Source of the DNA: Oikopleura dioica
Lineage: Eukaryota > Animalia > Chordata
DNA: 64,000 bases
NCBI GenBank assembly: GCA_907165135.1
Contig: OU015566.1
Coordinates: 2,480,001 to 2,544,000, forward strand
Reading direction: 5' to 3'
Part shown: positions 11,701 through 25,500 of the stretch, in pieces
Position numbering within the stretch: position 1 is the first letter of the stretch
Layout of the letters: each line of letters starts with the position of its first letter
Position numbers and translations under genes: made by a program
The notes under the pieces: model-generated
Databases searched by the model: none
The model's input: only the letters and a program-made list of their open reading frames with translations
Told to the model about the DNA's origin: nothing

Positions 11701-13160
11701 TATATTGATAATTTCGAATAGTTATCAATAAGGTATAATCATAAAATTTTATGAAGAATCCATCTCTAGTAGCCGATTCTTACAAATCTTTTGAAAGGTC
11801 ACCTTCTGGAAATCGAAGATAGTACCCTTAAGAACGAATATCTACGGTACTAAAAATTCAATGAAAAGTCTCTAGAGTCTAGACGCGGCGCAAAAGAGTC
11901 GTGGTCGCGCTATTAGCGCGATAATACGCGTTTCCGCGCTTCCAGAAGATTCGAATCAATGAAGTTTTTCTCTAGATGCACCCGGCACCTTTTGCATAAC
12001 AACTCTGGTGCGCCATATCTAGCGATTTTCTGCGCTTTTTTTGTACCGTAGAATCTACGGCGTAGATGCTCGCGCAAAAGCTTAAGCTAAGTCAAACAAA
12101 AAATAGATCTAATAAAGTGCTCTTTTGACTTTTCCTGATTGCATTTGCCCTTACAATACAGCTCATTTGGCTGTTTATTCTTACACTGCCAGTACCCGTC
12201 GCCAATATCTGTGATATTGTACGCCACTTCTTCCGTACAAAAGGAAGAGGACGAACAGGAATCTGGAAAATCCGCGAGTTTTTTCGAAAAGAACTTTCCA
12301 TCCTTGCATTGCGCCGTGCCCATAACTTGACCGTCGTCGCATTTCACTTCGTAGTTCGAAGTGCCTTTCTTTTCGTGGGTAAAGTCGAGTGAGCCGGACG
12401 GGATGGAAAAATCGCCATTTTCGAGGGCGGCTTTGCATAGATCGCCGGAGCTGGAGGCTTGGCAAGCGAGCTCTCCTTTGAGTTTGCTCTTGATTTTGAT
12501 CTTCTCGCCGCAAAGAACCTTATTTTCAGCTTATTGAAAGCAAATTTATTTACGATCGTCGACTTACGATGAAAGACCCAGATTTCCATCTTGACTGAGC
12601 GCTAGAATCGTCACAAGTGGCTTCGCATTTTCTCCCTCCAGTTTCTGCATCATCTGCGCATTCAAAATGGCCGTTTTCAATCGGATTTTGAGCGATAAAA
12701 TCGTTCTCTGCCGTCGTGCATTTTTCGCCAGCAGTTGAGGGCTGCGAGCAAATGAGGGAGCCCTTGACTTTATTCTTGGTGTTGGGTGGATTCTTGCATT
12801 GGACGATTACCAGTGCGCGTTTCCATTCTTCCTCGAATCCTTAAATTTATCATTACATCTTTACTTAAATTCTCCCTTTTTTCAGCTTTTACCTTCGTTG
12901 CATTTTCCAAAGCACGAAATCTCCGACTGAGCTTCTTCCATCGATGGGCAGTTCCAAAATCCATTGTCAATTGGATTTTCCTCCACAAACGTCAGCGTCG
13001 CATTTTCGCACGGACTTTGCTCTTCAGCAGTTGTCATTCTAGCAAAGGTTTTCATCGGGTTCTTCGCCGACTTTTTGATCCACTTGCTGTGCCATTTTTT
13101 CGGCTTGTACTGGGCATTCGCTACTTCCAGGGCAGCTAAAAATCCGACTGCGAGCTTCAT
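8731..13160 (-). CDS. Secreted protein: signal peptide, six Cys-rich (GxWxC-type, sushi-like) modules, Thr-rich mucin-like stalks, Arg/Tyr-rich tail
   Basis: ATG at 13160 (MKLAVGFLAALEVANAQ). Repeated C..IGxGxWxC..CxGxC..IRY..C..GW..FxxDxC modules, poly-Thr runs at 8950-9240 and 9490-9580. The last exon ends VRRFRGRNFGYHRPTYSYRYRGY* (stop 8731-8733). Large intron 9930-12134. Confidence 0.85.
10181..10862. mobile_element. Nested TTAA-target MITE (Kolobok-like)
   Basis: 20-bp TIR with one mismatch, GGGTAGGGTCCCCGTACAGG / CCTGTAAGGGGACCCTACCC, with TTAA at 10177-10180 and 10863-10866. Confidence 0.85.
11310..11698. mobile_element. hAT-type MITE
   Basis: Perfect 25-bp TIR CAGAGTTGGTAAAAAAGTATACTTC, 8-bp TSD GATATATT (11302-11309 and 11699-11706), and subterminal GAAGGGCG/CGCCCTTC and GAAGTATACTTC arrays. 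Confidence 0.9.
11845..12048. mobile_element. Possible degenerate TA-flanked MITE
   Basis: TA|CGGTACTAAAAA ... TTTTTTGTACCG|TA (12-bp TIR, one mismatch), with weak internal inverted similarity (CTAGA..GGCGCA..AGAGT). Confidence 0.45.
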
Positions 13161-13597
13161 CTCTTTCTCTTCTTTTTTATTATCGACTAAAATACGCCTT
13201 AATAAAAATGTGAGATCATGGTTTAGTTGGATTGAGCATTTATAGCGCGAAATACTAGAGCGAAGGATTTGGGCGATCAAATTGCATCCGATTAAGGCGC
13301 TGGAGTTTCATCCATAGAAGGGATCAAACGATCAGCTTTTGTAGGAATTTTTATTTACGAGACATGATCGCAGAAGCGATTTTCACGGCTAAATTTAGTA
13401 AAATATTAGCATTTTATGATCAACAATCCAGAACACACGAGAAAAGACCAAGGACTCGTAACATCCCGGTGATAGAAATCAAAATAGCTCGAATTGATCC
13501 TCGGCCATCTCCGACCGCTTTGATACGATGTGATAAGAAACCGGCCGCCGTGAATTCTGACAATGGTGGAATCAGTCGGCGTTTTTCCCAAGAGCCT

Positions 13598-16500
13598 ATG
13601 CTGCTCCGATTTTTGCTGGTCGGGCTTTTAGCCCACCAGACTATAGCTGGGAAAGGAAAAGGCAAAGAGAAAGATGAAAAGCCTAAGAAAGCGAAGAAAT
13701 GGGCCAAAGGAAAAGGCCTGAAAGGTGGCAAAGGCGATTTCGAGGTATCTTTTAAATTTTTAACACGATTTTAACGAAATTTTTAGACCACTACCTTTGA
13801 AACGACATCGGAAGAGCTCACCTCCGAAAGTCTTGATACCGCGACTTTGAACGCGCTCATTGTTGATGAAACCGTCCAACCAATCGCTAGATCCCTCTCA
13901 CCCATGACAGATCGATTCATCCGTACTACTGACGCTTGCACTGGAGTTTCCTGCGGGGCCAACCAAGAGTGTCTACTTGACGAGTTTGTCGAAGACGGGT
14001 ACCGATGCGCCTGTGTTACCGATTTTTTCGAGAAAGATGGGACGTGCTTCTTTGAAACATGGTTAGTTGAAGAAAACGTTCAGAATCTCAACATCAACGT
14101 CGACGTAAGCAGGCTGGCCGCGATCAGAAGTGGTCTCAAAGAGACTTACTACCCGACTGCTCTTTTTGACCCGGCAACTTACGATATCACTCTCGTAAAT
14201 GACGTATCGGAGGTTTTTTCGAACGAGTTTGGCGATCTCTATTTGAGAATGAAACTCCTCGTTCAAGTCTTAACCGCCGATAGCACTGGCCGAGATGGTT
14301 TCAGTAACATTCTTGTTTCTGAGAATCGTCTCTCAGTTTCATATGAGCATGTCAATCAAACCATTTTCGACAACATCATTGAAACGGAAGATTGGCAGAT
14401 GAATACAATGGAATGCCCCTACCGAGAGGAGGCCACTGAGTGTGGTGCCTACGACTGCCGAAAAACCTGCGAGTCAGAGGCCGAAGGTCTTGATCCATAT
14501 TGCACTGAGCTCTCGGTCGCCTGCGTTGTCGGTTGCTTCTGTGAAGACCCGTTCGTTAGATCCAATCGGGATCTGAACTCCACTTGCCGACCGATTGAGT
14601 ACTGCCCCCACAACACTTGTGGAATTGGTATGCGATTCGACTGGGTCTTAGGCGGTGGATATGATGACGGAACATGCATTGATATCGATGAATGTGCTGA
14701 GGACGCGCCATGTGACCGCGAAGCAACATGTAACAACACAATCGGTAGCTTCACTTGTACCTGTAACGATGGTTTCTACGGCGACGGAGTTGGTAACGAC
14801 ACCTGCTTCGACGTCGATGAGTGTGCCAACTTCACCCTCCACGGTTGCGATGCTAATGCCTTCTGTACCAACCTTTGGGGCAGTCACAATTGCACCTGTA
14901 ACGTTGGATACGATGACATCGGAACTGCTCTTGATGGAGAATGTATCGATATTAATGAGTGTGATACCGATAATGGGGGTTGTGATGACAATGCAAACTG
15001 TACAAATACCGATGGAAGTTTCTTCTGTACTTGTACTGCTGGATGGGACGGTGACGGCTTCACCTGCAGCGATCGAGACGAGTGTATCCTTGATATGCCT
15101 TGCCACGCTGAAGCCACTTGCAACAATACTATCGGCAGCTTTGAGTGTCTGTGCGACGAAGGCTTTGAAGGCACTGGCTTGAACTGTACGGACATAAACG
15201 AGTGCGATACAGACTTTGGTGGCTGCGACACGAATGCGAATTGCACAAACACCTACGGTGATCATTACTGTACTTGTCTTGACGGATTCCGCGGAGACGG
15301 CCTCCTCGGAAATTGTACTGACATTGACGAGTGTGCTGAAGATATTGACGGTTGTCACGCTGATGGTTTCTGTACCAACTTCGTTCCTGGATTCAATTGC
15401 ACATGTAATGAAGGGTACGAGGGTGACGGATTCACCTGCAATGACATTAACGAGTGTCTCACTGATCACGGCGGATGCGATGCCAATGCTGACTGCATCA
15501 ACTTCCCCGGCAGTCACAACTGTACCTGCCTTGATGGATTCGAAGGAAGTGGAATTGATGGCGATTGCGCTGATATCAACGAGTGTGTTAGAGAGATTGA
15601 TCTTTGCCACGTAAACGCTACTTGCGAAAATCTCATTGGTGATTATAACTGCACATGCGTTACAGGATACCGAGGCTCTGGATTTGCTTGCACTGAAATT
15701 AACGAGTGCTTGGAGATGACTGACGACTGTGACGCCGAGGCAACATGCACCAATACTGATGGAAGCTATTTGTGTGACTGCAACCTCGGATGGGCTGGCA
15801 ATGGAACTCACTGTGAGAACATTGACGAATGCTCTTCCATGGTTCTTCCTCACAATTGTCACGCTGATGCTGAATGTACTGATACCGAAGGAAGCTTTTA
15901 CTGTACTTGTAACTGGGGCTACAGAGGCAACGGAACTGATTGTGCCAATATCGATGAATGTACAGACTTGCTTGATACCCATGACTGCCATGTGGATGCG
16001 TTTTGCACGGACGACGTTCCCGGGTGGAACTGCACCTGTAACGCTGGATACTCAGGAAACGGAACTTATTGTGAAGACGATGATGAATGTTCCTTTGTTC
16101 CTAGTGTTTGTCATGAGGATGCAACATGTACAAATGAGCCAGGAACCTATTCATGCGCCTGTGATGAAGGTTTCTTCGGTGACGGCGTAAACTGTACAAA
16201 TATCAACGAGTGTGCCCCTATTGACCCTGCTGATCTTCATAACTGTGATGTGAATGCCACTTGCACAGATACTCACGGTTCTTTCAACTGCACCTGCAAT
16301 GTGGGATACGATGGTAACGGTGTCACTTGCTCAGATGTCGATGAATGTGACGCAGCTGTTCTTCTCTACAATCATGATTGCGATGTCAACGCTGCTTGTA
16401 CAAACAACATCGGTAGCTATGAGTGCGAGTGCAATATTGGTTGGGAAGGTGATGGCATGAACGGCAACTGTCTCAACATTGATGAGTGTGTTGTTGACTT

Positions 16501-19500
16501 TCCTTGCAGCCCACAGGCCAACTGCACTGATAATCCCGGATCTTTTGACTGCGAATGTTGGGATGGATTCCATGACGTGAACAACGATGGACTCATTTGT
16601 AATGATATCGACGAATGCGCAATCAACGACTATGATTGTCCGATTCACGCTACTTGCAACAACACCTTTGGTGCATATGAATGCATCTGTAATGAGGGTT
16701 ACGAATTCAACATGGCAGGAGATGACTGTATCAACATCGACGAATGCGACCGAGGAACTGATGACTGTCACGACGATGCTATCTGTACGGACAACGAAGG
16801 CAGCTTCACTTGCCAGTGCGACGTTGGATATGTTGATAATCCAGTTGCTTTGAATGCGACCCAGGGAACCGACTGCGTTGATTTCGATGAATGTAGCATC
16901 GCGAGAATGTACACATACAATTGTAGCGACAATGCTGCTTGCGTCAACGCTATCGGAAGCTATATTTGCGAGTGTAATGTCGGCTGGGAAATGGGTCCTG
17001 ATAACTACACCTGCCTTGATGTCGATGAGTGTGATCTAAGGATCGATCATTTGGAAGGCAAGAATCATTCTTGCTCATACGATCCAGAAGGAATCTGTAC
17101 TAACACAGATGGTTCATACGAATGCTCATGCCCTCAGGGAATGGGTGGAAACGGAACTATCGAGGATCCTTGCTATGAAACAATCGTTTGTACAGATCCC
17201 TACCATATCATCGTTCCATGTGCAAACTTGGATGCGTACACAACTTGCGAGAGCTACCTCAATTACCTGCCAGATGTTGTTCCCGTATCGCGAGCTGTCT
17301 TTAGTCGAGCTGTTGGTGTGCTCACAGAAGACTATCAGAAGGAAACTCGATTGATTGCAGAAAACTGGAAGCTGAAGAAAAGCCGTCTTTGGCCGATGAT
17401 TTTCTTACCAGAGATGGAAATGAGCACAGAAGCACCAACTGAGCCTCCAACTGAACCGCCAACCGAGCCGCCTACTGAGCCACCAACAGAGGCACAAACC
17501 ACGAAAAAGTCTTGCATTTACGGATACAACAAAAAAGGCGGTTGCCTAACTTGGTTCCAATGGAAGAAAAAATTCGGTGGCCGTCGTCGACGAGACATTG
17601 AATACGAAATTCAAGACGGCGTTTATTACAGATCAGTGAATGAGGAAGCAACTTGTCTTCGAGGTTGCGTTTGTGATGATGGATATGCAACTCAGGATGA
17701 TGGAAGCTGTATCGCTCTTGAAGACTGCGAGTGTGATCTCGGTTACTATCACGTTAATAACACCGGTTGCACTAATGTTAACGAATGTAGTCCACTTCCA
17801 GAAAATGCTCACTTGCTCTATGATTGTACTGATACTCAATATTGCGAAGATACCGATGGTTCTTACACTTGTGAATGCTTGGACGGATACATGTTCAACG
17901 ACAATGCTACCGACTGTATAAACATCAACGAGTGTGAACTTGACATTTCTTACCATCAGTGCGATGTCAATGCTTTCTGTACGGATCTTGTTCCCCTCTG
18001 GGAATGTACCTGTAATGATGGCTACAGAGGCAATGGTACAGTCGGACAATGTGAAAATATCGATGAGTGCGCCGAAGATTCTGATAGCTGCGATGTCAAT
18101 GCAAGCTGTGAGGACTCAATTGGATCGTACGTTTGCCGATGTGACACTGGTTTTGCCGATGATATCAACACACCTGAGCCTGGATGGGTCTGCGTCGATG
18201 TTGATGAGTGCGCCACAGGAGGCGATGATTGTGATGATAACGCTTTTTGCACAAACACTTTTGGTGCTTGGAACTGTACCTGTAATGAAGGATGGCAAGG
18301 CTCTGGTCAAAATTGTACAAACATTAACGAGTGTCTCGCTGATCCTTGCGACGAGAACGCAGATTGTACCGACAACGACGGTTCCTTCACCTGTTCGTGT
18401 GTTACTGGCTACGCTCAAGCGGACAGATTCGGTCTCCCCGGTGACTGTCTCGATATTGATGAGTGTGTCAGCATGACTCTTCCACATGAGTGCGATATCA
18501 ACGCTGAATGCACAAACACAATCGGTAGCTATAATTGTACTTGCGATCTCGGATGGAGAGATGCTGAAGGCTTCGGCGTCGCAGGAATGAACTGTGACAA
18601 TGTCAACGAGTGCATTGATGAAGATCTTCCGCATGATTGCCATGTGCAAGCGACTTGTGCGGATAATGACGGCAGCTACGAATGCACTTGTATCGAAGGC
18701 TGGGAAGGCCCAGCTTTCATTGCTGACGGAGGTTGCACTGACATTGACGAATGTACGACGGGTGACCATGATTGCGCGGTCGATGCAGACTGTACAAACT
18801 TAAATGGAACATTTGCGTGCACTTGTCACATAGGTTTCGATGATGTCAACGGGGACGGTACAAACTGTACTGACATTGATGAATGTGACGAAAATACATA
18901 TGTTTGTCCTGATTACTCAAATTGTCGAAATACTTACGGAAGTTATGAGTGTGACTGCTGGGATTACTTCAACAAGACTGGTGGTATCTGCGACAACATC
19001 GCCTGCGATACTTATGCTCATCTCTGCAATGCAAACGCAACTTGTTACGAATACGTCAACTCAACATCAGAGACAGCCTATTATGACTGCGACTGCGACG
19101 ATGGATATCATACAACGGTCGCTGATTTCTGCTATCTGTCACGAGATCAGGCAACTGCCTTTTCTGAAGATTTCTTCTCACAATTCTTTGACTTGACTAT
19201 AATGGATATTGAAGACCGTGACGACATGATTATCAGCGCCGCCTGGCCAGATCAGTTCGTTCCAGAAGGATTCGTCATCTCAATCGTCGATGTTTGGGCA
19301 TCAGCTGCGGCTAATACCTACCGTTACTTGGCTAATGTCGCTGTTCCTCAAGGAGAAAGTATCGATACTTTCAAGAATGGAATAAACATTGCCCGAACCG
19401 TCGTATTCGTTGGCGACGCTGACTGGGAAACATTCGCTGGCTTCAGAAACTCCACTCCAACGGAGGCTGCTATTGACTGTCCGGCAAACGAGGTATTTAG

Positions 19501-22500
19501 CGAGTGCGCCGATGCCACGTGCTGGACTGATTGTCTCGGAGTTCAATTCGAGCAGAATGACACCTGTGGCAATCCATACGGCTATGTTGCTCCATGTGAA
19601 GGTCCTGGAGGCTGTGTTTGTTTCGACGGATATGTTCGAGATACTGCCACTGGAGCCTGCATCGCTTTCGAGAACTGTCCTCATAACAGTTGTGACGAGG
19701 GACATCTTTACAACTACACTTCTTTGGCATGCTACGATGAGAACGAGTGCGAAACTGGAAATGATAACTGTCATGTAGAAGCAACTTGCACGAATATTGT
19801 TGGATCTTTCAACTGCACTTGTAATGTTGGATTCGAAGGAGATGGTGTCAACAATTGCCCCGATGTCAATGAGTGTAATTACGCTGAATCTCCTTGCCCA
19901 TCCTACTCTGACTGTAGCAATACTTATGGTTCCTTCGTTTGCACATGCTGGGATGGATTCGAATCTGTCTATAACGCAGGGTATTCTGACGAAGATATGA
20001 TCGTCAGAAACGCACGATTGTCCGAAAAAGCTGGTGTGCCAATGAAAGCGACAAGAATGTCTCAGCTGAACAGTTGCCGTAACATGGCTTGTGATGGATT
20101 CGCATGCCCAGCCAATGCGCATTGCGTTACTTCCGTCGATTTGGATACTCGGGTCACTTCAGCAACTTGTGAATGCGATGAGTGGCATAAGATGACTCCG
20201 GCTGGCGAATGCTGGCCAAGTGCTATTCCGGAAGGCATTTTCATGATCGTCAACGATCCTGGTGCTCCAGTCTCACTTGCGTCTCAAGAAGCATTCTGGC
20301 TTGATGGAGTCTTTGATGGCCAAGCTGTCGATCTTCTTTACATGGCCCAGGGCGAGACTGTCCTTCAAAATTTTACGAGATCTGCACGCAATGCTGATAC
20401 AACTGTTACCGTCGTTTTCGAAGCTGATGACATTGATCTCGCGCTTGATGCCGCTGAAAACTACACTGTTCTTAGAAGCGACTCCAGTGAGCTCTGGTCT
20501 CTTTCACTTACTGTTACGGATATTGGAGATCTTGCTGAATTCAATGTTGAATGTGGCACTAATGAGATTTTTGATGAATGTGCTAACAGCTGTTGGCATA
20601 CTTGTCAATCTAAGTTCGAAGGATCATCGATGTTCTGCGAGCCTGTTTCCCGAAACTACAAGCATCGTGTTATGCGCAGCTGCGGAACTGGTGCTTGCAT
20701 TTGTAACACTACTGCTGTTTCCGAATATGAGGGTTCTTTGAGTTGCATTGAGTACGATACTTGTCCACATAATTTCTGCGCGGTGGGACTTGAGTACAAT
20801 TACACAGAAGCTGCATGTCTCGATCTTGATGAATGCGTTCTGGATGAACCTTGCGATGTCAATGCTGATTGTGCAAATACATTCGGCTCTTTTGATTGTA
20901 CTTGCCACACTGGTTACAATGGAACAGGTTTGGATGGTTTCTGCCGCGAAATCGATGAGTGTACTGAAACTCCTGAAGTTTGTGATGCAGTTTCCGAAGT
21001 TTGTACAAACAACCCAGGCTCCTATGTCTGCTCCTGTGCTGAAGGATTCTTTGACTTTAACGGTGTTTGTACTGATATTGATGAATGTACGATTCAGGAA
21101 CCTTGTGACAATTCTAATGGATTCTGTACTAACACTCCTGGTTCATTCGAATGCTCCTGCAACGTCGGATACGAGTTTGAAAATGCTACAGATCATTTGA
21201 GCACCTGTATCGACATCAACGAGTGTCTCGTCGGCTTGTACAACTGCACAGAAAACAGTTCCTGTAACAACACAGTTGGATCTTATGAATGTCCATGTGA
21301 TACTGGCTTTGAAGCTGACGGAGATCTGTGTGTCAATATTGACGAATGTGTAACTGGAGACCATCTTTGCGTCGCAAATGCAGACTGCGAAGACACTATT
21401 GGGTGGTACAATTGCACATGCTCAATCGGATACTCTGGTGACGGACTTGTACTTTGCGAAGATGTTGATGAATGCGCTCCTCCACTTAACGGCACTGATG
21501 TTTGCCCCGACGAGCTTTCAACTTGCGTTAATAACGTTGGTTCTTTCACTTGTCTTTGTGACGTTGGTTATCTCATCGGGAACGACACCATCACCTGTGA
21601 AGATGTCGACGAGTGTATTGAAGAAACTCATCTCTGTGTTGCTCTAACTGAAGGCTGCGTCAATACCGTCGGTTCATACGATTGTAACTGTGCCACAGGC
21701 TACTATCTCGATGACGACGACGTTTGTGCCGACATCGATGAGTGTGGCATGATCGATAATGTTTGTAATTCGATCACCTTCGCTGAGTGCTCAAATAATA
21801 TTGGATCTTACACTTGCTTCTGTCCAGACGGATTCGGAACAAACTCAACTCTTCCAGAAAACGACCCAAATATGTGCTACGATATTGATGAGTGCGCTGA
21901 CGGATTAGATGACTGTATTGATACAGCTGATTGCATTAACCAAAATGGTAATTTCACCTGCGTTTGCAGCGAAGGATATCAAGGTGATCCATACGCTTGC
22001 GAGAATATCAACGAATGTGCGGAAGGAATTGCCGTTTGCACAGAAAACTCATCTTGCCAGGACACTATTGGATCATACGTCTGTAATTGTAATGAGGGAT
22101 ATGAAGCCGATGGAGACCTTTGCGTCGATATTGATGAGTGCGCTGTCCCCCAAAATACAACCTGTGAGTATGACAACTGGGCTTACTGTACAAACACTGA
22201 CGGATCCTATGATTGCCACTGCCCTGGAGGCATGAGTGGTGGTGGTGTTGCTGAAGACCCATGTTACTTCCCAATCTCTTGTGGGGAAAATGAAGAGCTG
22301 AGTAAGTGCATCAACGAGGAATGCTTCGCAACCTGTGAAACCAGCCTTAACTATTTGGATGACATCTGTAACTCAAACTTCAACTTTACTCTTCGTGCTC
22401 AAGGCGTGTGTAAGACTGGTTGTCTCTGCGCCGAGGGCTACACTCGAGAGTCGCTTGCAAACGATGCTCCTTGTGTGCCAAATATTCCAGGAACATACAC

Positions 22501-25500
22501 GGAATGCTCATGTCCTGAGGGATATGAGCATGTCACTGACGTCGGCTGCGTTAACATCGACGAATGCGCCGAGGGAACTGACAATTGTGATGATGTAACT
22601 GAAGTCTGTGCTGATACCGAAGGATCTTACGATTGTAATTGCGCCACTGGATGGGCCCGGGTTAACGGTAGCGACACTTGCACTAACATCGATGAGTGTG
22701 CATTGGGAACCGATGAGTGTGGCTTCAAGTCCACTTGCTCGGATACCGAAGGATCTTACGAGTGCCCGTGTGAAGATGGCTGGCAACACATGGACGGAAC
22801 CGACAACCGTATCTGCGAAGATATCGACGAGTGTCCAACGGACCCTTGCCAAGAATACGCCGAGTGCACCAATCTCCCAGGATCATACATGTGTTTCTGT
22901 ATGACTGGATTTGTCAACCAACAAGATGTTTGCAAAGATATCGACGAGTGTCTTTCCGCAGCTACCTTTGACTGTGACATTAATGCCAGCTGTAACAATA
23001 CCATTGGTTCATACGATTGTATCTGTAACGGAGGTTACTCTACCGAAATTGTCGCTGGTATGTGGGGAGACCTTGTTGTCTGTAACGATATCGATGAATG
23101 TGCAGATGAGACTGACGATTGTGGAACAGACGCAACTTGCGTGAATACAGATGGATCCTTCGAGTGTACATGCGAGGCTGGATACGAACTTGACGATGCC
23201 AATAATTGTGTTGACATTGACGAATGTCTGGCAGAGCCTTGTGGTGTTAATATGGACTGTACAAACCTCGACGGATCGTACTCATGCGACTGTTCAATTG
23301 GTTTTGAGCTGATTGATCCAGCGAATGATCTTCTTGGCTGCCAGGATATGGATGAATGCGCTCTGGGAACATCTGACTGCGACACTACAGGTGCTAATGG
23401 TGATCATATTGCTGAATGTCAGAACACTGAGGGATCATTTGATTGCCTCTGTCCAGAAGGATATGGTGGAAACGGTACTGTCTCAGATCCATGCATTTCA
23501 CTCGCCAAGGACGAGTGCGCTCTTGAAGAAGACAACTGTTCAGAGTTTGCTGAATGTACCGACACTTTCCTTGCATTCGAGTGTGACTGTATCAAGGGTT
23601 TCAATGGTGACGGTGTTACTTGTGAAGACACTGATGAGTGTGAGTTTGATCTTTGTCATGAACAAGCCGCTTGTAACAACACGTTTGGCTCATTCACCTG
23701 CACTTGTGAGCCTGGTTGGGGTGGAAATGGCTTCCTCTGCGAAAATGTCAACGAATGTGATGACAGTCCTTGCCATGCAAACGCTACTTGTACTGATACT
23801 GTTGGCTCCTTTGAATGTGAGTGTAAACCTGGATACACTGGTGATGGCCTTGACTGCGCAGATATCGACGAATGTCTTACCGATCCTTGTCACGAAGATG
23901 GTGTTTGTACAAATACTGATGGATCATATGAGTGTGAGTGTGCACCTGGTTACTCGGGCGATGGAGTTGATTCTTGTGAAAACATTGATGAATGCGACAC
24001 AGACCCATGTCACGAATTTGCAAATTGTACTGATACTATCGGATCATTTGAGTGCGAATGCTTAGAGGGCTACCAAGGAAACGGACTTAATTGTGCTGAT
24101 ATCAATGAATGTAACCTTCCTGATCCTTGTCCAAATGATGATGATATTTGCATCAATTCTATTGGAAGCTTCGAGTGCAGATGTTTCCGAGAAAACTTTA
24201 TCCACAACGAGAATGGAACATGTGTCGACATCAACGAGTGTGAAGATGGAACATTCGAGGAGGAATGTAATCCTGATTGGGAGAATTGTGTCAACACTAT
24301 TGGCTCTTTCATTTGCGAATGCAAGACAGGTTTTGCCAAGACCCGATATTTCTCTGCCGGTCGAGTTATGTTCGGAAGCTGTGCTGACATCAACGAATGT
24401 GCGAAAGATCCAATGATTTGCGGAACCAGCGGTGCTTGCAACAACACTATCGGTAGCTATGAATGTGACTGTTTTGATGGATACGACCTTCTTGACGATG
24501 ACAATATGTGTGACGACATTGACGAGTGCGTCGATGATGTTTGTGACGGACTCGGACACTGCGTCAACACAGAGGGAAGTTACCAGTGTGGCTGTGACGC
24601 TGGATATATCTTCAACAATATCACTTGCGTCGATATTAATGAGTGCGTCGACAGTTACGGTTGTCACGAAAGTGCAATCTGTACGAATACTGTAGGCTCA
24701 TTCGACTGCTCCTGTCCTGATGGATATGAGACCAGAATCATCGAACTCAATCGACTTGTCAACACTACTATTTGTGTTGAAATCAACGAGTGCGAGGACC
24801 CTGATCTCAATGATTGCTCCGATATCTGCACAAATACTGACGGTAGTTACGAATGCTCTTGTCCAGATGGAAACTTTATTGGAAACGGTACTGTTGGAAA
24901 TCATTGTATCGAAGTCCAAGAGTGTGCATCCTATGAGGAATTCGATGTTTGCGGTAATGTCATGTGCTACGATTCATGCGATGGTGAGTTCTGCCCGACT
25001 CTTGATGGAAATTACGAGTACGCTGAGTGCGACGGTGGCTGTGTTTGCCCAGAAGGAACTTATCGACTTTATGCTTCACAAGATGCACCTTGTGTCCGAC
25101 TCAATGAATGTTCTCTTGAATGTTCCATCTTTGAAATCGATGTTGGTTGCGGTAATCATTATGATTATCACACTTGTGACACGCTTAACAGCGGATCTGC
25201 TCCAATCGCTGGCAACTCTTCAGCTGAATGCAATGTCATGTGCATGTGCGACTCTGCCGCTGGCCTCGTTCGATCCGATACTGGAGTCGGTGCAACTTGC
25301 GTCCCAGAGGATCACTGCACTGTTGATACTTCTGAGCCTTATCGATTCTCATTCATCTGGCAAATGGCTTCACTTCCCGACGGTGTTCTCCTTGGCGACA
25401 AAACTACCTGGCCATCACTTCTCAATGGATTCACGCCGTTAGTGCGAACAACATATGGTGTTCCTGGCTCGCTTTTGGACCCTTACGTAGTCTACAATGA

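Larger units (their letters stand above)
10075..11827. mobile_element. Non-autonomous DNA transposon, TTAA target, GG...CC ends (Kolobok-like); hosts two nested elements
   Basis: Perfect 20-bp TIR GGGTACTATCTTCGATTTCC (10075-10094) / GGAAATCGAAGATAGTACCC (11808-11827), with TTAA on both flanks (10071-10074, 11828-11831). Confidence 0.85.
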
